From contig JBITNC010000001.1 in NCBI GenBank assembly GCA_050084985.1, positions 180,110,001-180,174,000 on the forward strand: a stretch of DNA of 64,000 nucleotides, read 5' to 3'. Position numbers and translations under genes: made by a program. Shown here in pieces: positions 46,901-59,537 of this stretch (within the stretch, counting starts at the first letter, position 1; the number at the start of each line of letters is the position of its first letter). The notes beneath the pieces were generated by a model. The model did not search any database. It was not told the origin of the DNA and saw only the letters and a list, made by a program, of their open reading frames with translations. Source of the stretch: Nageia nagi. Its lineage: Eukaryota > Plantae > Pinophyta.

Positions 46901-49900
46901 ACAATTAGCTTTATTTTATGTTATTTTATTGCAATTTTATTTTAAATTTGGATCTCAAAGACTTATTAAATTTTTTACAGCCTTGTGACAGATGAGGATT
47001 TGCTCCCACAAGTGTTGGAATAAATCTTGTAACGTCATGTGGCATATTTTTATTGGACAACATCTTATTTTCTTGAGATTCGTGATTAGGGTTAGGGCAA
47101 CATTGTTGGTTGCTCCCAAAACTATTTATACCCCATTTTGATTCATTTGTAAGGGGGGATTGACACTTTTAACAATTGAAAGTAACTTTTGCTTGCTAGA
47201 CCAAAAATTCACTAAGTTGTTAAATGTGGTGTATGTTAGTGTAATTGTGATGATATGCTTCTCATGTTGTAATGCCAAATTTGAATGAATGATTGACAGT
47301 GTTGTCTAATTTGTTCTATCACTGCTTTATGTTGATTTTTAATCAGTTGGTGCATCTTGTAAATTCCAGTTGGGGTGGACAAGAGAATGCTTGTATATTT
47401 TATGAAGTGGTTGGTTAGCATCTCGTTTGTGATATTTTGGCATTTGCAATCTTAGGCTTGGATACCTCAAGATGTCTTGTTGATGTCACTCATAGTAGGA
47501 ACTTCACTCGGATCGTTGAGTCTTGCCCTCATCCCATCCTATTCCATCCTTGCCACAACTCCATGCTCCTTCCACTAGACCATTCGTGTTGTTGGTTAGT
47601 GGTACGGATCAAGGGTGCGTGGAACCTACGCCGAGACTCAACAAGTCGACTCTTGAGGACCTTATCCCAAACCTGTGACTACGCATGCCTAGAGTTGCAT
47701 CTCATTACCCACAGTCTTTCCACCAATTTTTCATTATTTAATTTTACACCTTTTTTCCGCAATTTTTGCACCCCCTATTTCCTTTTAGCATCTTTCAAAA
47801 ACAATTTTGTCTAGCTATAAAGATGATCCGAGTCTTTGAATCCACACATGATATTAATGTTGGTGGCAGCTTTAAACATCTCAGCCATTCCCTGAGTTAC
47901 CCTCACCAAGTCGTGAAGCTAACCTTTGGGGTGAGTAGTCCCCATAGCGGGAGGGAGTCACGTCCCTTCACTTGAGGTGTTGGCATTTTTCTCACTACTC
48001 TAGGGTAGGAAAGAAAAACACCCCAACAGTGCCTAGCATGGAAATGAGTATTTTTGACAAAATTTTGAAAATATTTTCGAAGACACCATGATGTGGAGGG
48101 TGAAAAATTAAGCAAGTTTGCTTTTGAAACTTCTCCAAAAGGATGAAAAATGCTCACTCAAGAGCTAGGCGCACATTTTCAAGGTCTGGCATCATCAAAC
48201 ATTAAAAACCTTCAAATCTTGACTTGCGCCTAGCCAACTTGCACTTGAAAAATCTTCAAATTTTGACTTGGGCAATTCAAAATTTGGGCACATGGGTATA
48301 GTGAGGGGTACCAAACTAAGCAAATTCAGGGTTGGGAGTTTTGAAATTGCATCAAAATTAAGACACCCTAACCTAGGCGCAAGTTTGGAAGCTTTGAGGT
48401 CACTGAAGAAAACATGCGCCTACCCCAAAGGCACACAAAATGATGAATTCTGATATTTGGAAAAAGTGAATTTTGACCATATAAACTCATGAAGGATGGG
48501 ATTCTTTGCAACTTTAGGCTTTGAAATTTTTGAAATTGACCAAAAATGATCACTCCTAAAGCTAGGCGTTGTTTTCCAAGGTTTGATGGCATCAAAGGCC
48601 AAAAACTAGTGCCTAAGGGTGGAATAGATCAAATTTCATAGTTGGAAAATCAAATTTTTGAGCATACATGATGATGAAGGGTGAAAATTCAAGCAACATT
48701 AAGCTTGGAAGTTTGAAGATTGACAAAATTTTACTCGTCCATAAGCTAGGCGCTGATTTTCAAGCTTGGAGGTCATCAAACCCCAAAAACATGTGCCTAA
48801 GGGTGGAACACTTGATTTCAACCCAATTCAAAATCAAAATTTGAGCATGCATGCTTGTAGGGGTGCAAAATTAAACACACTTAGGCTTGAAAATGTTGGA
48901 AAAGGAGCAAAAACACAAATTCTATGGCTAGGCGTTGATTTTCAAGGTTTGATGGCATCAAAGGCCAAAAACATGTGCCTAGGGTGAGATGGAGCCTTCC
49001 AACATGCAAAACACACCTTCAAGGATGATTTCATTGGTCACACAAAACAAACCAAAAGTTTATAAATACAAGATTATGGACCTCATTTGCTCCACAACAC
49101 TCTTTTTGATCATTCAAGCACTCATTTTTGAGCAAAATCCTCTCCAAACCGCACAAAAGTGCTCAAACTCTCAAAATTTGATTCCAAGCTCCAAAATTCC
49201 TCAAATCGATTCGAAATACCTTAAAAATCTATTACCTATCCCTCCATGGTCATGCTTGATCGATTTGAGCCCTTTTTAAATTTTTTCCAAAATCCACTCC
49301 CCCCCTCATTTTGGCCATTTTCTATACCTGTCCAAAACTGAGAAAAGAAAGGCACCAAACACTTTTTTCAAACTCCAAAATTTCAAAAATACAGTTGATT
49401 GAGCAGTTGAAGTAAACACCAAAGTTGAACTCCTTAGATAGGAGAACAAGATCCATCTCTTAAAGCTCCAAAACTGCCAAAACCTGTCAAAAAGCCACAG
49501 TGTGGGTAAAAAAACAGTGAGTTATTTTGGACATTGAAAACTCAATATTTTTTTTTGAAATTGAAGCACAATGCTCTTGGATTTTTTGCCCATCCATCCA
49601 TAATCTTGTTTCCATACTTTGGCAATTTTTGAAATTCACTTAAAAATAACTAATAGCTCTCTAAAAATCCTAGAAAATACCAAAAAATCATCAGACTCCT
49701 TTTTGTCCCAAAATTGCTCACATACCCAAGGTCGATTCGCAACATCTTCTCTTGTCTAAACAAGTTTCTCACCATGAACACTGCCAAGAGGAACAAGGAA
49801 CTCCAGATGGCCAAGTTAATGAAGGATAGCCCAATAGAGATTGAAAAACAAGGCAAGGTTGCTCTTCTTACATCTATGTTCAGTAACAACTTCACTTAGA

Positions 49901-50808
49901 TCGAGGATATAGAATGGTCAAACACTAATCCATGCAAGACTCTAGAAAATATGTCTCTAATTCCACTAGGCCTGCTATATGATGATACCTTATCACAATC
50001 AAGATTTGTCGAAGCTTCCATGATACCCTTCACCACTCCCTTTCCAGAATTATGCTTTGAAGTGGGAAAACATTGCGACTATTCGAAGAGAGCCCTCTTC
50101 GACACTAGTGGAAAGCAGATCTTAGACTTCATTGAGGAGGGCATAGAAAAATCTTTGGCATGGAGCAACGAGGGTATCGTATACACCATGGTTGACTCTA
50201 TCAAGTTTTATACCAGTATGAGGAGACTTGACAATTTGATTAGAGACTGGTTGGCTGACGATTGCAAAGATCACAAACCAAAGGCATTGATTCAGCCTAG
50301 GCAAGATGACTTCTATCCAATAGTCTCAAAAATCATCAACATGTTATGCAAAGTCACAAGGCAAGAAAATGACCATAGGTTCAAGAACGAATTCCTTGGA
50401 TTCATTCATTAGATTAGCAGAGGCAAAAGGATTCATTGAAGCAAGGTAATCAATGATTGCATGGTTGATCAATTGTCCAAGATTTAGACAAATAAAAAGT
50501 TCTTCATGAACACTTGGTATTCTTGCTCCTGCATTATAAGAACCAAAGAACGACGATAGCTAACACTGATCACTTGTTTAACCCAACATACCCAGTTTGG
50601 AAGATTTATACCAAATTTTTGATAGAGAATAGATGGAGTGAGTTCAAGATGATGAACCAGGGTTTTGAATGCAAAATCTATAAGGAGATTATTGGTAGCA
50701 AAAACATGTCCAGGATTTCGAACTAAGCAGTTGAAGCTTTTAGAGGACATGTAGACTTCTACCTTGAAGACCCATACGTTGCATACATCAAAGTTTACGG
50801 TTTGAAAG

Positions 50809-51054
50809 TGTTAGACACCTAATCCTTAGGGATTATGGTATAGTTTGTATAGTATTAGATACTTACTATATTTAGTAAATTCGTAGCTTTGAGTGTGCTA
50901 GAATTTAGAGAGTCATTTCTTGTAGAATATGAGTTACAATGTATCCCAAGAGTCACCCAAGAAGGTGAAGATGAAGAGTCTTTTTCAAGTTGTATTTACA
51001 CAATATTCTACACTAATAAAATGTATTGTGATTTTGGAGTTATCTGGCCTGTCA
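50809..51054 (+). repeat. 5' LTR of Copia C (246 bp)
   Basis: TGTTAGACACC...CCTGTCA. Confidence 0.95.
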
Positions 51055-52615
51055 TTGGTACCAGAGCCATGAGTTTTTGCTCTCCCATGAAAGTGATAAA
51101 AAATGCTGCCGAAATCTGTCCAAAAATTTTACTTATGTTTTTTCTCTGAAAATGAGCATCAAAATCCAAATCTGAGCACATACTTGGATACCCATTTTCG
51201 TGTAGAGCAAGATTGGTTTTTGAACGAGGTGATTTGGAGCAGTTTTGGCAAAATTATCTCAGTGTGAAGTTTTCTGTCAAGTAAGTGGTCTGTGACTTAT
51301 ATTTTTGGCGGTTTTATCTTAGTGGTTTATTCTCGTGGTCTGTGGTCTACCGTATTAGCTCACGTTCTGTTCTCTTGTGGTCTCCTATAGCTTGTTATTT
51401 GTTTTCTCCTGTGGTCTGTCGTGGTCTATTGCGGCATTAACCTCACGTTGTGTGGTCTCCTGTGGTCTCCAATTAAAGATTCACCTTGTGGTCTGTCGTA
51501 GCATTCACCTCACGCTGCGTGGTCTCTCGCGGTCTCTAGTCAAAGACTCATGTTGCTCGCGTTAATCTCCCATGGTCGTCATACTCCCTCATTGCCCGAG
51601 ACTGATAGTTCCAAAGTTCCAAAAAAAAAACATTTGTTTTCTTCAAGGTGAATAAAAGTTCCGTGGTCGTCATTGGTCTATCGCATCGCATCATTGGTCT
51701 TCACCACCGTTCGAGACTCGCTTCCTGCCGCCCTAGACTCGCTTCCCGTCTACTGAGGAGGGTAAGTTTCATCTCAGGCACATGGTTGTCATTGCTGTTA
51801 GGCCCCACATCAGTCTCCACCTGTTTTCATACACTGTCCACCTAATCCCCGACAGCTGTAAACAAAACGCACGCCATTTTCAAAATGCGCACTGCTTTGA
51901 CAGCACACTCAATTTCGCCACGTGTCACATGCAGGTGTCACCCGCCCAGTCAGTATTTTGACCAGTACAATCAGCATTTTTGGCACAGTCAGCAACGCAC
52001 AGTCAGCATTTAATTTGATTTTGGGGTATTTTCTAATTTTGAAGACATTTCTTGCCATAACTTGGTGTAATAAACTTCTTTTTCAGCAAAATTTTTTTTG
52101 TTGAACTCAGAATTTAGAGTATTTTTCAGTTATGTCATTGGATGGATATTGTTTTTGGAGAGCAATTAAAAAATATATTGGAAAAGATGGTTTAACATTT
52201 GACTCAAATTTTGGTGAGTTTGGCATAATTGAAGGATTCCGAACCTTGGAGTAGTGTTACCCTTGATGTTGAGAAAATAAAATCAGATTTAGAAACAGGT
52301 TATTTGGCTGATGTTGAAGACAATGAAGACAAAGGTATTGTTGTTGAGCTATTCGATGCTACCTCTACTTCCACCTTGCCAACTCCTCGAAACATGCCTC
52401 CTAGAAGGAATCCTCCTCGTAAGAGGAGACGTGTGATGTAATGAATCCTTTCTGAGATCTTCTATTCTTTTTGCAATTTTTGGTGTGGTGTAAGCAAAAA
52501 GAATCTTCATTTAGTGTGGACATTGTTATTTTTCGGCAAAGTGTGTGAACTCTTATTGGCATTGTAAAAGTTTGAACAAGGCAATTAAATAAAGCTTGAA
52601 GTTTCTATTTCAAAA

Positions 52616-55600
52616 ATGCATTCCCTTATGAGTATTGTTGGTGTTGTTTTAACTGGAAAAGAAAATTGGCCAGAGTGGTCTAGGAAAATAAAGCATACAT
52701 TAAGTTTCAATGATTTTTGGGTTGACATTTGTGATGGTGATAAACAACCTACCAAACCGATTGATGACAAGGAACTTGCGGTTTGGAACATGATAAATAA
52801 TAAGGCATATGCTTTGATTGCTTCTTCGGTTAATGAGGAGGTTAACCGCCACATTAGCTCTATTGATGATGCTTGGAGTGCATTAAAGAAACTCAAAGAT
52901 TGTTTGACTCCCATTCTGAACTAGAATTGATCCAACTTCAGTTGAAACTTTTTAATCTAGAGTTAAAGAATGATGATCCCATGGCAGTAATTTCAGAAAT
53001 TAGAGCAATAATGATGACATTGACTCTACTGGTGTGAAGATTGATATTGCTCTCGCAGCTTTGATTAAGGCATTGTATCCCACCTATTCAAACTATCTTG
53101 AATCCTTACAAGCTAGTGGTAACCTAAAGTCTCTCACATTTGACACTCTGGTGGATAAGATTGCAAAACGTGAGAAGGCTTTTGGCAAGAAAACTAGTGA
53201 TTCTACTTCAGACACATTGTGTATTGCTCAAAAGGGAAAGAATGTTATTCATGATTCTTCTTGAGGTGAAGGCAACAACCATGGTCGTGGTAGGAGGAAC
53301 TATAGAGGCAAGGGGGTAGATCTAATCAAGGTGATCGTGATGAGAGGAACAATCTCCATTGCAAAAGATGCGATAGATGAGGCCATGAAGCTCATACCTG
53401 TCGCACTCCATGGGACAAGATCAAAGAAAGGAATGAAAAACGGGAGCAAGACAAGAGTAAGAACTCTGATTCTGCTCATTATGTTATTGCATATTGTAAC
53501 AATACCATTGAATATTTGTGTAATACTTCATTTGCATTTTGGGAGGATGCATGGTTGCTTGATATTGGTGCTACATGCCACATGACCTTCCGAAGAGAAT
53601 TCTTTGAAGAAATGAATACCAACATTGATGGTGCAGTATATTTTGCTGACAAATCCTGTATCAAACCTTCAGGTATTGGTACTGTGACTTAAATTGCCAG
53701 GCCTTCCAGATATGGTTCTTCGAAATGTGCTCTACCTTCCTCAATTGTGAAGGAACTTGCTATCTCTTGTGCGCATTTGACAACAAGGACATTCTATTCA
53801 TATGTTTGATGGCATTGTGGAGATAAGGAGGTCTTCCGACAACAAAGTGGTGATGACTGGCGAGGAGGACGAGAAGCTGTTGAAGATGCATGGAAGTTTT
53901 GCCAAATCACAAAATTATGCCTCCCTCACACATCAAGAAAAAGGTACTCTCTCATCTAGTCTTTTGTGGCATGCAAGATTTGGCCATCTCAATTTTGATG
54001 CTCTCCTTTTATTAAAAAAAAGAGGTTTTTTGGGATTGCCTACTATTCCTAGGAACATAGAACCTTGTGAAGCATGTGTTCTAGGAAAGCACAGCAAACA
54101 ACCTTTTCATGATTCAAATTTTAGAGCATGTAGAAAACTAGAACTCATACACTCCGATTTGTGTGGTCCATTGCCTGTCCCTTCTACTGCTGGAAACAAA
54201 TATATCATGACCCTCATAGATGATTACTCTAGGATGTGTTGGGTGTATTTGTTAAAGAACAAATCTGAATGTTTTGCTAAGTTTAAAGAATTTCATGTGA
54301 TGATTGAGAAAGAAGCAAATGCTCATATTGGAACACTTTGTTCTGATAATGGGGGTGAATACACTTCAGATGAATTCAAGAACTATCTTAGTCAACATGG
54401 AATCAAACATCAAACAATTGTTCCCTACAATCCGCAACAGAATGGTATAGTTGAAAGAATGAATAGAACTTTGTTGAATATGACACGGGCAATGTTGTTT
54501 TTCAAAAATGTAAAGATGATGTTTTGGGGTGATGCAGTTGTTTGTGCAGCGTATGTTTGAAATAGATGTCCATCTCATGCTCTTGATGATAAGACTCCAT
54601 ATGAAATGTGGTTTGGCCGTGTTCCTTCGGTTCGACATCTCAAGGTTTTTGGTTCCACCTGTTATGTCGTAGTCCCTAAGGAACAAAGAAACAAACTTGG
54701 TGCCAGGAGTCGAAAATGTATTTTCTTGGGGTACTTAGATACTATGAAGGGTTATAAGCTTTATGACAAGGTAAACAAAAAGTTCCTTTTTGCAAGGGAT
54801 TTCATTTTTCTGGAATGTTCCAAGAGTGACCCGACTGTTGAGCGATAGCTTGATCACCTTGATAGGTTTACCCATGGAAAGCATTTTTTTGAACATGATT
54901 ACGAGATTCCAAATGTTGAGGGGGGGATCCCTATTTTGAATCAATCATTGGAATCTACACCACTTGTGCCTATTTCAGAAGTGCCTGATCCAACAGTTGC
55001 ACCTGTTCCAGTAGTACAAGCACCTCCTCCACCATAGGAAGATCCTTCCTCTTCATCAGTCCTAGAAGCTCCTTTGGATGATGTGATTGAAGGGTTCGAT
55101 AGGTTGAGTCTTGATGAAGATGAAGAACAGCCTCAGCTTGTTGAACAACCAAAAACATTGCAGAAGATTCCTAAGTGGCTTTCTAAAACACTTGAGAGTG
55201 TTCATCCTGATGAAGTTGGAAAGATGGGAACTAGGAGTTCCTATAGAAATAGAATTGAAGATGGAGCAATAGAGGATTCAGACTCAGGAGATGATATTGA
55301 GGATATGGAATGTTCATTTGATTGTGAATTAAATTTCTTTGCTGATTGTGAGCAACTTCCTTTAAAGAAGCTTTTTCTCATGATGTCTGGAGGGATGCTA
55401 TGAAGAAGGAGTATGATGCTCTCATCAAGAATGGGACATGGAAGTTGGTGGATCCTCCATATGGAACCAAACCTATTGTATGCAAGTGGGTCTACAAGAA
55501 CAAATACAGATCAGACGGCTCACTTGAGAAACACAAAGCGAGGCTTGTAGCAAAGGGTTTTGCACAGAAAGAAGGTATTGATTATGATGAAACCTTTGCT

Positions 55601-56891
55601 TCCACAACAAAATGGGCTACTATTCGTTCTTTGTTGGCAATGTCAGCTCAACATGGATGGAAAGTTCATCAGATGGATGTGAAGACTGCTTTCTTGAATG
55701 GTGATTTGAAATAAAATGTGTACATGAGACAACCAGAAGGATTTGCAGTGCAGGGTCAAAAACAAAAAGTTTGTAAGCTTATCAAGTCCTTGTATGGCCT
55801 AAAACAAGCTCCTCGTGCCTGGTACGAAAAGCTTACTGAGCATCTTGTGAAGATAAACTTTGAACACTTTAATCTGGATGATGCAACTTTGTTTGTCAGA
55901 AAAGTTGGCAAAATGGTTGTATATCTTGTGGTGTATGTAGATGATCTTTTAATAACTGGGAACAATGAAAGTTACATTGCATCCATGAAACAAGATTTGA
56001 AAAGAGGTTTTGAAATGACAAATATGGGACATCTTCATTACTATTTGGGTGTTGAAGTGACACAAAACCCAAAGTACATTTTCATTTCCCAAAGAAAGTA
56101 CATTGGAGAATTGTTGAACAGATTTGGCATGACAGATTGTAAACCCCTTTCTACTCCAATGGAACAAAATTTGAAGTTGAAATCTATTGAAGGGAAGGGA
56201 ATGCATTTGAGGATGCAATGAAGTATAGACAACTTGTTGGGAGTCTCATATATCTAACCACAACTAGACTAGACATTTCATTTGCGGTTGGAATTCTCTC
56301 TCGGTTTATGCAAAAACCGTGTGAAGGACATTGGAATGCAGCAAAAAGAGTTCTTTGATATTTGAAAGGCACATAGGAATTAGGGCTCAAGTATTCCAAA
56401 GTAGGAGACTTCAAATTAATTGGATATACAAATTCAGCCTTTGATGGTGACAAAGAAAAAGGAGTTTTGACTTCAGGATATGCCATAAGTCTTGGATCAG
56501 TAGCTATCTCTTAGAGATCACGAAAGCAATCCGTTCTGACAGATTCCACTATAGAAGTAGAATATGTGATTGCTGTAGAAGCAACAAAGGAGATTGTGTG
56601 GCTCAGGAAGATACTGGAAGATTTGCAGGAAACACAGGTGAATCCAACTCCACTTCTAATTGATAATATTTTTGCAATTCAATTGGCCAAGAATCCAAAA
56701 TTTCATGATCGAACAAAGCACATCAACACAAAATATCATTTGATTTGACATCATGTAGAGGTCAAGACAATTCAAGTGAAACATTGTCCCACAAATGAGA
56801 AAATAGCAGACATCTTCACCAAGGCACTTGGAAGAGAAAAGTTCGAGAAGTTCAGAAAGATGCTTGGACTTACCAACTCCCCTTCGGATTA
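52616..56891 (+). pseudogene. Copia C gag-pol pseudogene
   Basis: LTGKENWPEW (gag), WLLDIGATCHMT (PR), LWHARFGH/CEAC/SDNGGEY (INT), HQMDVKTAFLNG/YVDDLL (RT), ADIFTKAL (RH), with several stops and frameshifts. Confidence 0.95.
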
Positions 56892-56900
56892 AGGGGGGAA

Positions 56901-57118
56901 TGTTAGACACCTAATCCTTAGGGATTATGGTATAGTTTGTATAGTATTAGATACTTACTATATTTAGTAAATTCGTAGCTTTGAGTGTGCTAGAATTTAG
57001 AGAGTCATTTCTTGTAGAATATGAGAAGGTGAAGATGAAGAGTGTTTCTCAAGTTGTATTTACACAATATTCTACATTAATAGAATGTTTTTTGATCTTG
57101 GAGTTTTCCGGTTTGTCA
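56901..57118 (+). repeat. 3' LTR of Copia C (218 bp)
   Basis: TGTTAGACACC...TTTGTCA. Confidence 0.95.
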
Positions 57119-59529
57119 GAAAGAAGCACCATGGAGATTACCCTGCTTTCAAGTGATAGACGTGCCTTGATAATATTTTGCAAGCACTTGATATACGTGC
57201 ATGACAAGGTATGGTGCAAGAAAGCTTCCACTACTTGTACTTTGCCTATTAGAATAGGAGAGTACGAATGCACCGCTTGGCGCTCCGTCCCTTCCATGAA
57301 GAAAGAGTTGCAGTGTTATTTCTTTTAGTCTAAACAGGCAGTGGATAATTACGATCCTGATGGTAGAATCAATGAATTCTTCAAGAAGACTTGGCAGTCC
57401 ACTTATCTGCATCAATCTCTCGATGATATAGAGAAGTACCGAAATGTCCTTGATCAAGTCCATATTCAAGCAATACATAGAGACTTGGCAAAAGGATAGA
57501 AAGGGATCAAGATAAGTGGTACAAACAAGACCATTGGAGAAAGTAGCAAGCAAAAATCTCCCATACTGGCCACGAAGTCATCACTACCCATCAAGATGCC
57601 TCCATTACTAACCAGGAAGTCCTCATCAAACACTTACATAGTTCCATTCATTTCACCATCCGTGGCATTGACACAAGGATAATTTGGTCAATATGCTACC
57701 ATGAGCATTCTGGGACAAACTATTGTTGAAGTTGTGCAAGCTTGCAAGGACTAATTGATAATCTAGCAAACACAGAGGAAGGCCACTTCATGTCCACTCA
57801 AACAAGTAAAGAGGGTTGTGGACAATGTTCCTAATGGCCCATCTAGAGATGGACAATTGTATCCCCTTGGTTTCGATTCTTCAACTTCCTCTACTTCAAG
57901 CTCAAGCATAGACCAAGACAGTTCAAACCGTGATGATGAAGATATTGCTGATGAAGTAGACATGGTTCATGAGATTGCTTTGTTCTCAGGTGATGAATCA
58001 GAAACAATTGAAGAGATCCTCATCATGGATCATCCTATGATAGAGGTACTTGTACAAGAGGTGACAAGGCCTACATCTGTAAAGAATCCTAGACCTCAGA
58101 GACAAAAGAAGACACCTCCGTCTCGGAAAAAGACTCCATTGAATCCTCAAAGAAAAATTCCCAAATCTAAGGGAATGGCTTCTTCATCAGGAGGAGATGG
58201 AGGGAACAAATAGAATGAGGGTGAGAACGATAAGAAAGGAATAAAAGGAAGGAGATCAAGCATCAAGGTAATCAAGAGAGACAAGTAGCTACATTTGAAG
58301 ATCCTTAGCCATAGTACAACTTCGACATGAATGTGCTCTTAACCAACTTAAGAGCATATCATCCATCTGAAGCATGTGTCGACATTGATATTGACCAGGA
58401 TTCAGACGAAGAGCTTGAGCATATAGCTTCTTTTGTCTTTATGAAGGATCACTCCATTATCACTGACATAGTTGTCGCTCGAAGGAAGAGGAATGCTAGT
58501 GGGGACTAAGGGCCATGCTAGAAGATTGGACCTATGGGTAGACAACATGCAATAATTACAAATTTTGTAGCTATAACTGAAGAAATCATTTCGAAAAACG
58601 TAGAAATCAAGGAGCTAAAAAAAGAGTTGTTTGGGCAAAGAAAGCTAACAATGGAAATCGAGGTTGCGAACTCGACAATTGAAGATATCAAGAGGAAGAT
58701 TTCCTTGAACACTGAGAGCTATAAAAGAGGAATGGATGAAAAAAACAAAAGAAGCCATCCAAGGGTTATTCTTAGAAATAGCCAACTTTTACATTGAAAA
58801 GACAGGAACATCTGTCGTCAAAGATAAAATTCAAGAGTTGATTGCTAGATAGAGTTGATTGCTAGATAGGGCACAAAATATGAGGTGATGTATGACTTAT
58901 GAAGGAGAGTTTGTAGCAAGCCGATACAACTTGACTTTTGCCAACAATTCTTCTATCAATATGACTGTATGTTTTATGTAGTAGCTAAGTGTCAGGATTT
59001 CATTCAAATCAGGATGCAATTGAAGAATAACTTGAAGAAGCAAATATATGAATACCCGTTTGGGGTGAAGTTGATCGAAGAAGATGGATGTGACATAGAA
59101 TATGGTTTGGTGATTGATGAAGTTCAAACCATGATCAAGGACTTTCTACACATTGAAGACGTCAACATCCTCAAAATTGACAAAGAGATCAAGTATGGTA
59201 GAAAGTTATCAGTATGGTGCAATCAAATGAGGAACACTTCAAGGACCATTACCGTGTACCTATTGGCTAATGAAGGCATGATGGAGATTCTCACCACAGA
59301 AATCATAAATAGAGAGGTTTTCATGGGGTCAACTTCGAGGAAGTCATTACGCATCATGTGCAATCTACGAATCAACCATTTTAAAACTAGTCAAATTCCT
59401 ATTTTTGTAATCAATCAGCTTGGCAAGTTGAACACCAAAAGTCAATCATGTTAGCTGACTTTGTGAAATGTAATATTTTAAATATTTTTTTATTAGAATT
59501 AGGGCAACACTTGGAAACCTTAGATAGTC

Positions 59530-59537
59530 TATAAATA
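59530..59537 (+). promoter_or_regulatory. Putative LTR TATA box of the giant unit
   Basis: CTATAAATAG lies ~75 bp after the ORF end and ~920 bp before the terminal CA, which is the usual U3/R position. Confidence 0.5.

Larger units (their letters stand above)
45088..48028 (+). mobile_element. Nested 2.9-kb solo-LTR-like unit with palindrome array and short ORF
   Basis: TGTTGTGCC...CCCCAACA termini. Flanks GCGCT/GTGCC are both one C>T change from the host repeat's GCGCC, and the host array resumes in register. Confidence 0.8.
44150..49000 (+). repeat. ~183-bp degenerate tandem array (~10 units), interrupted at 45088-48028
   Basis: Motif CTAGGCGC...TTTTCAAGGTTTGATGGCATCAAA...ATGTGCCTA recurs at ~44340, 44515, 44695, 44880, 45062, 48192, 48400, 48590, 48772 and 48955. 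Confidence 0.8.
50809..57118 (+). mobile_element. Ty1/Copia family C, full length with perfect TSD
   Basis: LTRs 50809-51054 and 56901-57118, TSD GAAAG/GAAAG, PBS TGGTACCAGAGCC at 51056, PPT AAGGGGGGAA at 56891-56900. Confidence 0.97.
49774..59454 (+). pseudogene. Decayed ~1,100-codon unknown ORF of the giant unit, split by Copia C (49774-50808 and 57124-59454)
   Basis: Consecutive plus-strand ORFs 49714, 49951, 50514, 57124+, 57818, 58327, 58534 and 58969. The frame continues across the Copia TSD (YIKVYGLK|EAPWRLP). It has a globular N-terminus, a S/D-rich and basic middle and a coiled-coil C-terminus. Confidence 0.7.
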
